UHGV virus genome: UHGV-0198360
DNA length: 37,260 nt
Reading direction: 5' to 3' (one strand)
Source: a virus
Both the position numbers and the translations under genes were made by a program. Position 1 is the first letter of the stretch, and every line of letters starts with the position of its first letter. Positions 1-10,392 of this stretch are shown piece by piece. The notes beneath the pieces are model-generated. The model made no database searches and was not told the DNA's origin. It saw only the letters and a list, made by a program, of their open reading frames with translations.

Positions 1-1129
1 ATCAACTCAAGTATCGTTGCATGATGAACCGCAGCCAGTACCCCAGAATCACCAGCCTGCACAGAAAGAACATCACTTACGATCGTGCCGTCAGACAATT
101 CTTTATCGCCTACATTAATTGATGCTTCCGGGTAATCGTCATAAAGACCGTTGGCAAGAACACCAATGCCGAATCTGCCTTCCTGCCCCTTAATGTCAAG
201 ATTCCAGGTCGCTGCCGTTATCTTACGCATGGTCGATTTGGGGTTTTCAATGGGCTTCACATTAAGCTTAACGCGGACGTCTGAGGCACCGTTGACCCAG
301 GAGCCAGGGGCGGTCGCATCCCCACTGCCACTAAATCGATACGATGATCCTGAGATCCATAATCCTTGCGCAGAGAGTAATCCGCAATTGATATATGCGT
401 CGGAGACGGGTTGCCCCCACTGGTATCGCGCCTCAATGCTCGCTACAGCCCGGTCCACCCCGGCAATATTATGCACGGAAAGAACTGACGCGCCGTTAAT
501 CGTTACACCATTACCGGGTTCAGAAGCTGTCTCGTTTACTGACTTTATTTCTCCGAACGCTGATATCGTTGATGTTATTTTTCCCCCAGCCTTTCCATTA
601 ACAGAATTGAGCCGGGAGTCATTGCCCTGACAAAATTGTCCCGCTTTATCGCCAAATGGTTGAGAAAGTCCGGTACCGCCCTGCTCTTTCGGAACAACGC
701 CATCAACCTTATCTGCTTTATTGACCACACTACTGATTAACTTTTTCGCTGATGGACCTGTTGTCTGACTGGTGTCAGGCAGCGTGATCGTTACATCACC
801 GTCAGCGGTGAAAAACTGCTGCCAGTTTTGCTTGTCGTAGTTCAGGCCTCGCAGGGCTTCTGCACTTTGTGCCACCAGCGCCGCGGTAACCATATTCAGC
901 GCCACACGAGGAACCGCTGACCAGGCCGCGCCAGATTGTGTTGGCCCGGTGAAATTACTTACCAGCGTCAATGCTGTACCGCTTTCCACTGATTTAACCG
1001 GGAGCGTATAGGGGACGCCGCCGACAGTGACAACAATAAAATCTCCGGCTGCCACCTCGGTGGTAAACGCGGTCCCGTTGCCAGCGACCGCAGCAGAGTT
1101 ATTCGTCAGGGTTAAGGTTCCTGCTGACA
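1..1129 (-). CDS. Tail fiber protein, N-terminal part (3' end runs off window start)
   Basis: Hand translation of minus strand from ATG at 1129-1127 (SD AGGAAAAACT upstream) gives MSAGTLTLTNNSAAVAGNGTAFTTEVAAGDFIVV..., a Gly/Thr/Ser-rich fiber-like N-terminus; not in the ORF track because it has no stop in the window. Confidence 0.55.
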
Positions 1130-1139
1130 TAGTTTTTCC

Positions 1140-2084
1140 TCAGTACATGTTCGGAAGAATTAGAATGGGCATGGCGATATTTCTGTTACGGGTCATATCC
1201 CATGCGCCAGAATAGCGGTCCGCAAACACTTTGTTGTAGGCTGACCTGACGCTACCACCTGACATGACCACGCCTTTGGTTCTGATATTTCCCCATCCAC
1301 CACTCATACGCACCTGAACGCCGGTATAGACTATCTGGCAGAACCCGCCCCCAATATCCTGAAAGGCATCGGTAATCTGGATTTGCCGGTCATAGACAAA
1401 AGGGCGTTTCAGCGTGGAGAACGTGACCTGGCCTGCGGCGTTGGTCATTGTGATACCGTCGCCGCCGACAGGTGCTGTCTGATTGAATATCACCAGGTCA
1501 ATCGTCGCCGTTCCGGCCACGTCGTCCCGCCCGTAGTAGGAAATATCGCGAACGATGATGTCGCTGCCATTAAACCCCACAGACACATTCGGGTTATCCC
1601 ATTTACCAAAAGGAATACCACCCACCGGAAGCGGCGCGCTGCCGCTAACCGTAATGCGCCCGGAATAAGCGCAGGTCATCAGGGCGGCCTGGTTGGAGAT
1701 GGCGGTAAAGTCTGTCGAGTTTGAAATAAACAGCCCTTCGTTATAAGTCGCCGCGGGCAGCAGCTCCATGACGTAGCCTGACCAATCCGGAGTAAGGGCT
1801 TTACCACCGATTGTCTCAGCACCAATGATGACCCCGGCGTCCCCGTTTCGGGTGACTCCTGTCATAATGGCCACATCAAATTCAGCGAAGGAATAGATGT
1901 AAATGGGATTGGTGGGTACAACGATAGCCAGTGAGCCGGGAACAAGTGGCGTATTGACCGGGTACTGCATTGACTGGGATGACCAGCCCGAGAAGGATGT
2001 GCAAAAACTTGGGGCACGCAGCCCTGCAGTAATTGCCATTGCCGGGCGTCCATCATTGTAGTCGATCAGAATTCCTTCAGGCAT
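1140..2084 (-). CDS. Hypothetical tail-associated protein (314 aa)
   Basis: ORF track; lies between the J-like tail tip gene and the tail fiber gene on the same strand; no recognisable catalytic motif. Confidence 0.5.
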   Translation of the reverse strand: MPEGILIDYNDGRPAMAITAGLRAPSFCTSFSGWSSQSMQYPVNTPLVPGSLAIVVPTNPIYIYSFAEFDVAIMTGVTRNGDAGVIIGAETIGGKALTPDWSGYVMELLPAATYNEGLFISNSTDFTAISNQAALMTCAYSGRITVSGSAPLPVGGIPFGKWDNPNVSVGFNGSDIIVRDISYYGRDDVAGTATIDLVIFNQTAPVGGDGITMTNAAGQVTFSTLKRPFVYDRQIQITDAFQDIGGGFCQIVYTGVQVRMSGGWGNIRTKGVVMSGGSVRSAYNKVFADRYSGAWDMTRNRNIAMPILILPNMY

Positions 2085-2092
2085 AGTTCACC

Positions 2093-4813
2093 TTATGTCC
2101 AGCGTCCAACGACAACGCGACCACCTCCCGAGAGATTTACAGTGATCCCGTTGCCGTCAATGCGAGTAACGTTATTCACTCCGTTAAATGCAAACTCACC
2201 ACTGTCGGCATAGAGTTTTCCATGGAATTCTGGGCTACCAGATTTCGGTAAATTCCATCCACGCCCACCACCACCGGGGACGAAGTTCGCAGACTGAAGT
2301 GAGTCGGTAATTTTCGCAAAATCGATGGATGCTTCCTGAATTAATGCGCTGCGAATAAATACCTGCCCGTTATAGACAAAGAATGCAGCCTGCCAGTTAC
2401 CTGGATTGTTACCGGAGTAAATACCGAACTGATCGGCGGCAAATACAACTGTGGATTTATAGCTGTTTCCTGATGGCTCAATAGACATGCCAAATCCGGT
2501 ATTGTATTTAACACCGTCTCGCACAATGCCCATATTCAGGGTGTAAGAGGCTTTCGCTGTTCCGTCACTTTTTACTTCAGCCGTCATTTTCTGGTTGACC
2601 GCAGAAGTCAGGCTTCCTTCCGGTCCTATTTGAGCCTGTACATAGGTGGATAAATCAGCAAGCCCCTGCTCAGCAGTAGCCACCGTGGTTTTTACGACCA
2701 GAATATCAGCGCGTACCTCACCATATTGTTGATACTGATGCTCAACGGAGCCATGATTAGCCAGCGCATTTTCCATAATGCCTTCCAGGTTAGTATCAAC
2801 CCCGGCCTTAATATTCTGGAACGCGTCAGAGTTCTGAATCTGATCATCTATGATGTCAATCAGCCCGCCCGTGTCCATAGAGCACAACGCCGGAACTTCG
2901 ATAAAACCAGATGCACCAAAGGCGTTAACCGTTCTGATGTACCAGTAATAGGTATGTCCAACCTGTAGCTGATTGCTTGTCCATGTGGTTCCCATGCCTT
3001 CGCGGCTTGCATTCCCTTCCACGGTCGCTGTTGAGGTATCAGGTAGTTTCGTTTCACCTGAAGTCCAGAAATCAAACTGCGTGGAAACATTAGTGATCGC
3101 CGCCAGACGCGGGATCAGCGTGACGGCAAAGAAGCCCTGCTCAATATCTACATGGGAAGGTGCTGGCGGGGCTTCAATGCTGAATTCCAGATACCCTTCT
3201 GGCGACTCTGCCCCCATCTGGTTTACAGCAATAACGTGGGCTGTGTAGGTATTTTTCGGTAACCCGGTAAGACGCGTGAACGTCCCCGGAACCTGGACTG
3301 ACATCACCATCTGACCATTGCGGCGAATGACCACTTTGTTGTAGACCACCTGACCGATGTTTTGCCAGGACAGAATGCCCTGCACGACCTGGCCAATTTC
3401 TTCCACGGTGTACTTCAGATTCTGCGGCTGCGCCACTCCGCCTGATGGCAACTGGGTGAACGGCGGCCGCTCAATCGGTTTACCAACAGCGTCGCCCCAG
3501 ACATCTGCGGTTTCCTGCTTCAGCGTCAGTTGCACGCCATTCTGAACGCCGAACTTCCAGTCAGTTACCCGCATCTCAACATTCATGATACCGATAGACG
3601 GGAAATTCACCTTCACATACATTCCCGGGCGGTAACGGTACCCGCTCAGGTTTAACGTAACGTTCATGGTTCTGGCGATGCGGGTGCGCTTTAACTTCAC
3701 ATCTGCCAGACGCTGGGCCTGAAATTCAGAGGTCACAAATCGCAGCTTCATATCCTGCGATATTTCCACGCCGTCTTCCGTCACCCATTCACTGACAGAC
3801 ACAGAAGGGAAATCCGCTTCGGTATAGCCTTGCTGCGGATCGACAAATGTCCCCTTGATAGTGTTAACACGTTCCGCCTGAGAGACTTCCGGCATGATTT
3901 CGATATCACCGGCCAGCTGGCTCTCAGTGATCACCTCTGTCGCAGGACCATAATAAGCCCCGACCAGAAGGCCATGTTTGCCCGCGGTATACGTTACATC
4001 CCCGGCGCATGCTGCCAGCATCCCTTCCAGAATACTGACCTTGTTTTCACTGAGGTCGAACTCACCGTTGATGGTATAGCGCTTCTCAACGGTATTACCG
4101 CCAGTAATCACATCCTCATCACAGATATTCGCCGCTTCCTTAAACTGGTCCCAGAGAATATCGGTGTCGGGCACTTTCAGGTAATTGCGGTAATAGTCCA
4201 GGATAACCAGCGCCGCATTGTTGCTGTAACCCGCCAACCCGGTACGCGGGTCATAAACGGCACGCCCCTGTTTTTCTACTTTGATGTTAGGGATACCTGC
4301 CGGGAATTTTTCAGCGTTGAACTTCAGGGATACGCGTAGCCAGGTGATCCCTTTCCCGATCATGTCTTCTTTCCATGACGGGCAGTTTTCCAGCATGTAA
4401 GGGTCCGCCGTCTGGCGGTTGGTGTGCACCTCGAAAAAGGCATGCTCAGGATAGCTACTGATAGGCTCATCACCCAGCCAGACAGTCTGCACACCGGATA
4501 ACGGGTGCCCCGCCAGAGCAATGGCCAGATGCAACATTTCACCATCATCCTGTTCGCCAGCCTGCTCTTCGGAAAAGAACAGAGTGCCAGCAGATGTGGA
4601 ACGACCATAAACAACGGTTTTGGCACTGGCCGCTGCGCGCAGAACCTGTTTGCGTTCAGACGTATCACGGTAGGAATTCAGCGATGGGGTCTTGGTCAGC
4701 GCCTGAGTGGCAATCTGTGCGGCGACGGTGATAACCATCGCAATGGCATACATTTCATTTGCCGCTGCCACACCTGCGGCAATGGTGGCAACTATAGGAA
4801 CAGCAGCAGGCAT
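2093..4813 (-). CDS. Tail tip / host specificity protein (J-like, 906 aa)
   Basis: Large ORF at the distal end of the tail module; start ATG overlaps upstream stop (TAATG); size and position typical of central tail fiber / host specificity proteins. Confidence 0.75.
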   Translation of the reverse strand: MPAAVPIVATIAAGVAAANEMYAIAMVITVAAQIATQALTKTPSLNSYRDTSERKQVLRAAASAKTVVYGRSTSAGTLFFSEEQAGEQDDGEMLHLAIALAGHPLSGVQTVWLGDEPISSYPEHAFFEVHTNRQTADPYMLENCPSWKEDMIGKGITWLRVSLKFNAEKFPAGIPNIKVEKQGRAVYDPRTGLAGYSNNAALVILDYYRNYLKVPDTDILWDQFKEAANICDEDVITGGNTVEKRYTINGEFDLSENKVSILEGMLAACAGDVTYTAGKHGLLVGAYYGPATEVITESQLAGDIEIMPEVSQAERVNTIKGTFVDPQQGYTEADFPSVSVSEWVTEDGVEISQDMKLRFVTSEFQAQRLADVKLKRTRIARTMNVTLNLSGYRYRPGMYVKVNFPSIGIMNVEMRVTDWKFGVQNGVQLTLKQETADVWGDAVGKPIERPPFTQLPSGGVAQPQNLKYTVEEIGQVVQGILSWQNIGQVVYNKVVIRRNGQMVMSVQVPGTFTRLTGLPKNTYTAHVIAVNQMGAESPEGYLEFSIEAPPAPSHVDIEQGFFAVTLIPRLAAITNVSTQFDFWTSGETKLPDTSTATVEGNASREGMGTTWTSNQLQVGHTYYWYIRTVNAFGASGFIEVPALCSMDTGGLIDIIDDQIQNSDAFQNIKAGVDTNLEGIMENALANHGSVEHQYQQYGEVRADILVVKTTVATAEQGLADLSTYVQAQIGPEGSLTSAVNQKMTAEVKSDGTAKASYTLNMGIVRDGVKYNTGFGMSIEPSGNSYKSTVVFAADQFGIYSGNNPGNWQAAFFVYNGQVFIRSALIQEASIDFAKITDSLQSANFVPGGGGRGWNLPKSGSPEFHGKLYADSGEFAFNGVNNVTRIDGNGITVNLSGGGRVVVGRWT

Positions 4814-5211
4814 TAACGTACCCTCCAGACACTCAACGGTTTAACCCGCAGACTGACAAGACCAGTTTCGCCAGGCACCCACACAACGCCGGAATACACC
4901 ACCCCGGCACATCGCGCCCCGGCATTTTCAATCACGGCAATATCCCCACGCTGCGCCAGTTTCACAGGCACCTCGTCGAGATAACGGGCCAACACCTTTT
5001 CAAGCGAACCGCCACCGCGCAATATCGCCTTTTTCGCCCCATGCTCACTGTCGTAGGTTCCGCGCCAGCCTGCTGCAAAATCCTCGCCGCACATGGCCTG
5101 AGCACAGTCCGCCGCGAACAGGCAGCAGTCATGACTGCCCCATAAAAAAGGCCGCTTTTCAGCGGCCCTTATTACAGTGATTAATCTGTTATGCCAGTCC
5201 GGATGCTTCAT
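4813..5211 (-). CDS. Tail protein, possible NlpC/P60-like cysteine peptidase (132 aa)
   Basis: ORF track; Cys-rich motif GSHDCCLFAADCAQA; position immediately upstream of J-like gene as in GTA/HK97-like tail modules; SD GAGGAAGC before ATG. Confidence 0.5.
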   Translation of the reverse strand: MKHPDWHNRLITVIRAAEKRPFLWGSHDCCLFAADCAQAMCGEDFAAGWRGTYDSEHGAKKAILRGGGSLEKVLARYLDEVPVKLAQRGDIAVIENAGARCAGVVYSGVVWVPGETGLVSLRVKPLSVWRVR

Positions 5212-5217
5212 GCTTCC

Positions 5218-5802
5218 TCACTTATAGGTAAATCCTGGTGCATCTTTTTTACTGCCCCAGTAAATCGAACGTTCAGACATCTGCGCCACATACCGGAATA
5301 TGCGGTCGCCGGGATAAGCGGCCTGCTGCGATTCATCGGTATAACGATCGGGGAAAGGACGCTGCCAGTCTTCAAAAATATTACTGATGGTGTACTGCAG
5401 GGCGTTCGTCCCGCCAGCGGTCGCCCCCGTACTGGATACCCGCCCTTTAAACAGGAGATCAGCAACATGGACAACACCGTTATCATCCATGGCCACCAGG
5501 TAGATTTCGGCATTTCTGCCCACGCATCGCTCATTCAGCGTGGTTGCAAAGAGGGCCATATCCAGACCCGAGAGGGTCATTTTGACCTGCGTGGGGCTGG
5601 TCGTGCTGGTTTCACTGGCATCATCAACAGAACCCATGCGGCCCATGCCGTAATAAACATAGCCACCAAGAACCAGCGTTCCTGTACCGGAATGCACATA
5701 GACGGTACCGGATTCAAACTGAATATTGGCGGCGATCGCGACTGTCACCCTGTCGCGGGATAACCAGTCCACCATCGAGTCAGAAAAAGGGGAATACAGC
5801 AT
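5218..5802 (-). CDS. Minor tail protein (194 aa)
   Basis: ORF track; translationally coupled (TAATG overlap with upstream gene) within tail module. Confidence 0.55.
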   Translation of the reverse strand: MLYSPFSDSMVDWLSRDRVTVAIAANIQFESGTVYVHSGTGTLVLGGYVYYGMGRMGSVDDASETSTTSPTQVKMTLSGLDMALFATTLNERCVGRNAEIYLVAMDDNGVVHVADLLFKGRVSSTGATAGGTNALQYTISNIFEDWQRPFPDRYTDESQQAAYPGDRIFRYVAQMSERSIYWGSKKDAPGFTYK

Positions 5803-6395
5803 TAAAATGCCTCCTCAAGCTCCAGCGTGTAACTGGTAAAAACACCCGGCACACGGTTACCGGCGCCCTGCTGGTTATCCTTCAGTTTGAAAATGCCGTA
5901 GGGTTTCGCAACTTCAATGGCAGCATTAGCAGGTGGTGAGCTACGTAACATCGGCGCAAAGGCAATCATTGCGGTACCGTTCGCCGCGCTCGTCACGTCG
6001 GCTGTAACCATCTTCAGTTCATCGTTAACTGTGAAATAATCGCCCTGTCTGAGCACAACTGTTCCCGGCGCCCAGCCCTTGCTTTGAATCTGGGTCCCTG
6101 TCTGATTAGCTCCATCAACAACGGGCACGCCCGCTGGCGCTCTGCCACTTCTCCCCCAGTCGCGAACTTTTACCCTGCCATACTCACCATCGAGGGAAGC
6201 CACCAGGGCATCAATACGCCTGGATTTTTCGTCCGTCAGGTTATTAAAGGTCAGGGAACATACCCAGCGGGTGCCGGGAAAGCGAGCTGTCTGCGATGAG
6301 CCATTGAAGGGGGAACGAAAAGTTTTGGTATTACTCTCCGGTCGCCAGGTCAGCGACGCGGGACAGACATCTTCCGGCCATTCGAGTACAGCCAT
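5802..6395 (-). CDS. Minor tail protein, possibly distal tail protein (197 aa)
   Basis: ORF track; strong SD (AGGAGAATCT) before ATG at 6395; first conserved tail gene downstream of tape measure. Confidence 0.55.
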   Translation of the reverse strand: MAVLEWPEDVCPASLTWRPESNTKTFRSPFNGSSQTARFPGTRWVCSLTFNNLTDEKSRRIDALVASLDGEYGRVKVRDWGRSGRAPAGVPVVDGANQTGTQIQSKGWAPGTVVLRQGDYFTVNDELKMVTADVTSAANGTAMIAFAPMLRSSPPANAAIEVAKPYGIFKLKDNQQGAGNRVPGVFTSYTLELEEAF

Positions 6396-6559
6396 AGATT
6401 CTCCTGCATTATTCTGCGCACGTTGGCGCTACTGATCATTTGTCAGGATGTTACTGATTTACATACCTGGTTATGGTTGTTACTCAGCCCGTCAGTGGTG
6501 GGACACTGGCGTTTTCTGATTAGGAGGGATGGCTGATTACCTCTGGATAAGGAAGTTAT

Positions 6560-6775
6560 ATGGACGAAGTAAGTGCAAAAGTTCAATTTAATTCAAAAAA
6601 AGAAAGCCTGAAGGAAGTCGCTGATGAATTAAATGATATTAAAATGATCCTTCTTAGCGTAGCTTTGAAATTAGACAATGAGGGTCGCCAGCAAATCATT
6701 AAGGAGTTATCACAGATTGATTCCCCATCGATTCAGCAATGGGTTGGCAATCTCAAAGGACTGCATCAGTCTTAA
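6560..6775 (+). CDS. Hypothetical small protein (71 aa), opposite-strand moron gene
   Basis: ORF track; strong SD AAGGAAG 5 nt before ATG; sits in a visibly AT-rich island; opposite orientation to all flanking tail genes. Confidence 0.5.
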   Translation: MDEVSAKVQFNSKKESLKEVADELNDIKMILLSVALKLDNEGRQQIIKELSQIDSPSIQQWVGNLKGLHQS

Positions 6776-7082
6776 TTCCTAATTTTAAGGTATAAAAACC
6801 ATTCGCGGCCTGATTTGTGGCCGCTTCAATAATCTTCGTGACAACATTTTGAGCATGCCCTTTCGCCCGCTGATTGTACCCTTCCAGGGTAAGTTCTGGC
6901 GTTAAGTCTTCGCTGTACTGGATAGTAGCTACGGTTGCTTTGCCAATTTTCACCGACACGTTACTACCAATGCGCTGCGTAGATGACATGGCCAAATTTT
7001 CTCCGAAAGAAATTCTTACTCCATTTTCTTTCGGAAACCCTACTTTAAATTCAAGTGACTCAATTCGTTGTTCTAAAGTCAT
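6753..7082 (-). CDS. Hypothetical protein (109 aa) in AT-rich island between tape measure and tail tip genes
   Basis: ORF track; SD GGGAGA 5 nt before ATG at 7082; 3' end overlaps the convergent 71-aa gene by 23 bp. Confidence 0.5.
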   Translation of the reverse strand: MTLEQRIESLEFKVGFPKENGVRISFGENLAMSSTQRIGSNVSVKIGKATVATIQYSEDLTPELTLEGYNQRAKGHAQNVVTKIIEAATNQAANGFYTLKLGIKTDAVL

Positions 7083-7123
7083 AACAGTCTCCCGCCTTTC
7101 GGCTTAATGAATATTAATAATGC

Positions 7124-9598
7124 TTACACGCCAAGTAATCGCCTTGCCTGTCCTCTATTAGAGAAATCCTGAAGCAAATCCTTACGCGCCTGTTTTGCAC
7201 CATCATTAGCACCCTGTCGTGCAGCTTCCTGCATAGCCTGCTTCAGTGCGGCATCTCCGTTACCGGAAATAGAGAAATGCTGCTGAATAGTTTGCTGGAG
7301 CTGAGCACCACCACCGCCAACAGAAGAAACCGTGTCATCCACCATACGAACACCGAGGTTACCGTCAGCAGTACGCGTAAGGGGCATAATAGCTTCAGGA
7401 CCAGCTTCTCCCATGAGCCCCGCACCTTTGGCGAAAGCAAACATCGTCGGACTGTTCACGACGCCATTACGGAAACGACTAAGATCAGGCGAATCCATTA
7501 CACCACCCTTGGCGAATTTCAATTGAGATGCCGCACCTGTATAAGCTCCGGACGGTGTTGCACCGCCAGCGGATGCTGCGCCAGCCACTGAACTACCAAA
7601 CATCCCACCAAGTGAACCAAACCAACCGCTATCACCAGCAGATTTAAGCGTGTTGACCATAATTGCCCTGAGCAAGACTTTCTGCAGCTCATTCAACACA
7701 CTGTTCGCCCAACTTGCCCAGTCAGCTTTATTACCACTGAGGGCATCAGCCATGTTATCCACCAGGCCATCAAGGGTGTTACCGACTAAATCTGATACCT
7801 GAGTGTAATAATCGCTGGAAGTATCTACCCAGTTAGCCAGACCATTCTGAGCCCCTGCCAGCCAGTTTCCCTGTAACTCATCCAGTTGGTCATAATGAGA
7901 ACGGTATTTATCGAGTCGCTCAGCAAGCGCTTTGTCCAGTTCCTGGTTATAACGGTCATAATCCTCTTGGCTACGAATATCTCCGCTCTGATACCGCCGT
8001 TGCAAATCCTCTCGCTTCTCCAGAAATTCGCGTTCAATGCTGAGTTGCTCACGCATCCTTTCGCGGGCTTTATCACCGAGTCCTGCGCCAATGACATCTG
8101 CATCAAGAGAAGCCGCTGAATTCGCATTTTCACGCTGAAGGTTCGATACGTATTCAGCCAGTTTTAGATTTTCCTCGTTTGCCTTTTTTACGGAATTTAG
8201 GCGATCAACCTCTGTAGCCAGTTGTTCAAGGCGTTGCTTCTGTGTTTCATTAAGTCCATTTAGCTTTCCGTCAGCGATATCAAATTGTAGTTTTTGCTGT
8301 TCAGTAACTTCTGCGCTTTTCTTTCCAGTGGTGTCGATGAGAGCAATCTGACGGAGGTAACTTGTCTCCATTGATTTAAAAGCTGATTCAATTTTTTTTG
8401 CTGAAGTATCAGTTTTTAATTTCCCGTTTGATTCTCCTGCGTCAAGACCATAATCTGTTTTAGATGAAGAATAATTACCTATGGTTGCTGGATATAGAGG
8501 TAGGTTATTTCCTGCTTTAAGGATTGCTCGGCGGCGTTCAAGCTCTGATCGTTCAGCCCGTTTCCTTTCCACATCCATTCCTAATCTGTTGAAATCTGCA
8601 AGAAAACCTTCGTCATTTAAATCTGCATCAAGGTTTCTTATGCGACGATCAATTTCCTCTATAGATGCATTCTCCCCTACTGCCTGTCCCCCTTTGTAAA
8701 GATCGATGAGTTTTCCTGCTTCCGCTCCAACCTTAACAAGCCAGGTAGCGAGGTCGACCACGCCACTAACAAGGTTGGTGATACCTTTGATAACTTCATG
8801 GTCTTTAAATACATCACCCATGTCGCTAATTGATTTCTGCAGGTTAGAAAGGTCAACCTTTGCTAATCCAGCTGATAATTCAATCTTAACCCCTTTAACT
8901 TGGTTTTCCATATCCTCAAAGATTGAATTAACTTTTACGAGACTTTCTATATCGGTATCATCTGGTGCTACGCCAAATTCTTTCGCAGCCTTAATATATT
9001 TTTGTAATTTATCACCGCCCTGATCAAGCAAAGGAAGCAACTTAGAGAGATCGTTACCCAAGCTTTCAAGAATAGTAGTCTTTTCAGCGTTTGTTTTAAT
9101 CTTGCTTAGCGCATCACTTATGGCTAAAAGTTGCTTATCCGGCGATTCACTCGATAATTTTTTAGCTGATAAACCGAGTGCATCCAATGCATCTACTGCC
9201 TCACCTGATTTATTCAGTACCGAGTCACCAATTTTATCTCCGATATCTTTAAAAATATCAGCCATTTGATCGCCTGAAACACCTGCTTTTTCTGCAGCAT
9301 ACTGCCAAGCAAGTAATGATTGAGTAGACATGTTGAGCGACTTAGCCCAACGGTCAGACTCAGTAATTTGCCTGGAGGTGTTTTTTAACAGGTTGTATCC
9401 AGCCACACCTACGCCAATAGCAGCGGCGCTTGCTGCAGTTGCTGCCCCTGTGAATGCAACAGCTACAGATTTTGCATCCTCTTGAACCTGTTTTCGCCAT
9501 TTCTGCGATGCCCTTTCAGCCTGGCTTAGGCCGCCAACAAAGCCGCCAACTTTGGCAATTAAGTCTATCGTTAATGTACCTAATGATTTACTTGCCAC
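7124..9598 (-). CDS. Tail tape measure protein (824 aa)
   Basis: Long ORF, predicted coiled-coil-rich N-terminal and Gly/Ala-rich C-terminal region; GTG start at 9598 preceded by SD GGAGGA; position after G/GT chaperone. Confidence 0.85.
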   Translation of the reverse strand: MASKSLGTLTIDLIAKVGGFVGGLSQAERASQKWRKQVQEDAKSVAVAFTGAATAASAAAIGVGVAGYNLLKNTSRQITESDRWAKSLNMSTQSLLAWQYAAEKAGVSGDQMADIFKDIGDKIGDSVLNKSGEAVDALDALGLSAKKLSSESPDKQLLAISDALSKIKTNAEKTTILESLGNDLSKLLPLLDQGGDKLQKYIKAAKEFGVAPDDTDIESLVKVNSIFEDMENQVKGVKIELSAGLAKVDLSNLQKSISDMGDVFKDHEVIKGITNLVSGVVDLATWLVKVGAEAGKLIDLYKGGQAVGENASIEEIDRRIRNLDADLNDEGFLADFNRLGMDVERKRAERSELERRRAILKAGNNLPLYPATIGNYSSSKTDYGLDAGESNGKLKTDTSAKKIESAFKSMETSYLRQIALIDTTGKKSAEVTEQQKLQFDIADGKLNGLNETQKQRLEQLATEVDRLNSVKKANEENLKLAEYVSNLQRENANSAASLDADVIGAGLGDKARERMREQLSIEREFLEKREDLQRRYQSGDIRSQEDYDRYNQELDKALAERLDKYRSHYDQLDELQGNWLAGAQNGLANWVDTSSDYYTQVSDLVGNTLDGLVDNMADALSGNKADWASWANSVLNELQKVLLRAIMVNTLKSAGDSGWFGSLGGMFGSSVAGAASAGGATPSGAYTGAASQLKFAKGGVMDSPDLSRFRNGVVNSPTMFAFAKGAGLMGEAGPEAIMPLTRTADGNLGVRMVDDTVSSVGGGGAQLQQTIQQHFSISGNGDAALKQAMQEAARQGANDGAKQARKDLLQDFSNRGQARRLLGV

Positions 9599-9608
9599 GC
9601 TGTCCTCC

Positions 9609-9635
9609 AGGTAAAAAAAAGCCCCGCAAAGCGAG
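9609..9635 (-). terminator. Candidate intrinsic terminator downstream of the zinc-ribbon moron gene
   Basis: Hairpin GCCTCGC-TTT-GCGGGGC followed by T8 on the minus strand (plus strand aaaaaaaagccccgcaaagcgaggc). Confidence 0.5.
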
Positions 9636-9672
9636 GCATTTTAATGCTTATTAAATAGTGTAAATATTACTT

Positions 9673-10392
9673 TTATTTTTTCTTTGCTTGCTCTGGATAA
9701 TCTGAAACATCAAAATCGAACCCCTGTTCGCCAGATTGATAAAATGTCACTCCAATAGTGATTTTTTTATTGCTCTTGATATATTTTTCGAAAGACTGTG
9801 GGTTATCAAGAAAAATCATATCTGATCTTCCAGACGCCTCACTACTTGCAGTCCAGATTTTTACCTTTCCGTTATCGCCCTTCGTTCTTATTGAGCAATC
9901 TGAGTAACCACATACAATCTGACCTTTAGATATCACGACATAGGCATCAGTACCTTGTTTTCTTTTGCGGAAAACCAAGTTGAGTACAGAACCACCATCA
10001 ACGTTGTATGGGAATGGGAAATTAACATGGTTTTTCGATGTATTATAAAAAATCTCCCCAACCTCACCAGTAACGCTATCTTTCGTGGGTTGGTTATGCC
10101 AGTTAATAACTGTAACTGGTTCTTTTTTTACCTCTACTTCTTTTACGACATCATTTTTCAACTTATCAGTGCTTACCTGAGTGCTACCCACTGTTTGGCT
10201 AGGTGCTTCTTTTTTATTGCTTACTTTGCCAATAAACAAAAGAAGGATAAGAACCCCTACAAAAATAAAAAACACCATCATACATCCCGATGGGCCTTTG
10301 TTTTTTTTTGCTATGGGAGCTCCGCACTTTGGACATGATGCGGCCTTATCAGATACCTGTTCTCCACACTCTTTGCATTTAATTAAAGCCAT
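9673..10392 (-). CDS. Zinc-ribbon membrane protein (239 aa), moron between tail chaperone and tape measure
   Basis: N-terminal CxxC...CxxC (CKECGEQVSDKAASCPKCG), then a hydrophobic helix (MMVFFIFVGVLILLLFIG), then a Lys-rich soluble domain; strong SD AAGGAGATCAAGGA; AT-rich relative to flanks. Confidence 0.6.
   Translation of the reverse strand: MALIKCKECGEQVSDKAASCPKCGAPIAKKNKGPSGCMMVFFIFVGVLILLLFIGKVSNKKEAPSQTVGSTQVSTDKLKNDVVKEVEVKKEPVTVINWHNQPTKDSVTGEVGEIFYNTSKNHVNFPFPYNVDGGSVLNLVFRKRKQGTDAYVVISKGQIVCGYSDCSIRTKGDNGKVKIWTASSEASGRSDMIFLDNPQSFEKYIKSNKKITIGVTFYQSGEQGFDFDVSDYPEQAKKK

Noticed and set aside
151-630. 159-aa plus-strand ORF at the window start
   Set aside because: Lies antisense within the hand-translated tail fiber coding region; no SD; composition not protein-like
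1383-4816. Multiple plus-strand ORFs (e.g. 1383-1724, 2726-2968, 3830-4339, 4505-4816) inside the tail tip and neighbouring genes
   Set aside because: All are antisense to long, well-supported minus-strand structural genes and lack ribosome-binding sites; typical shadow ORFs
7243-9023. Short ORFs on both strands within the tape measure gene
   Set aside because: Nested in or antisense to the 824-aa tape measure ORF; low-complexity translations driven by the repetitive coding sequence
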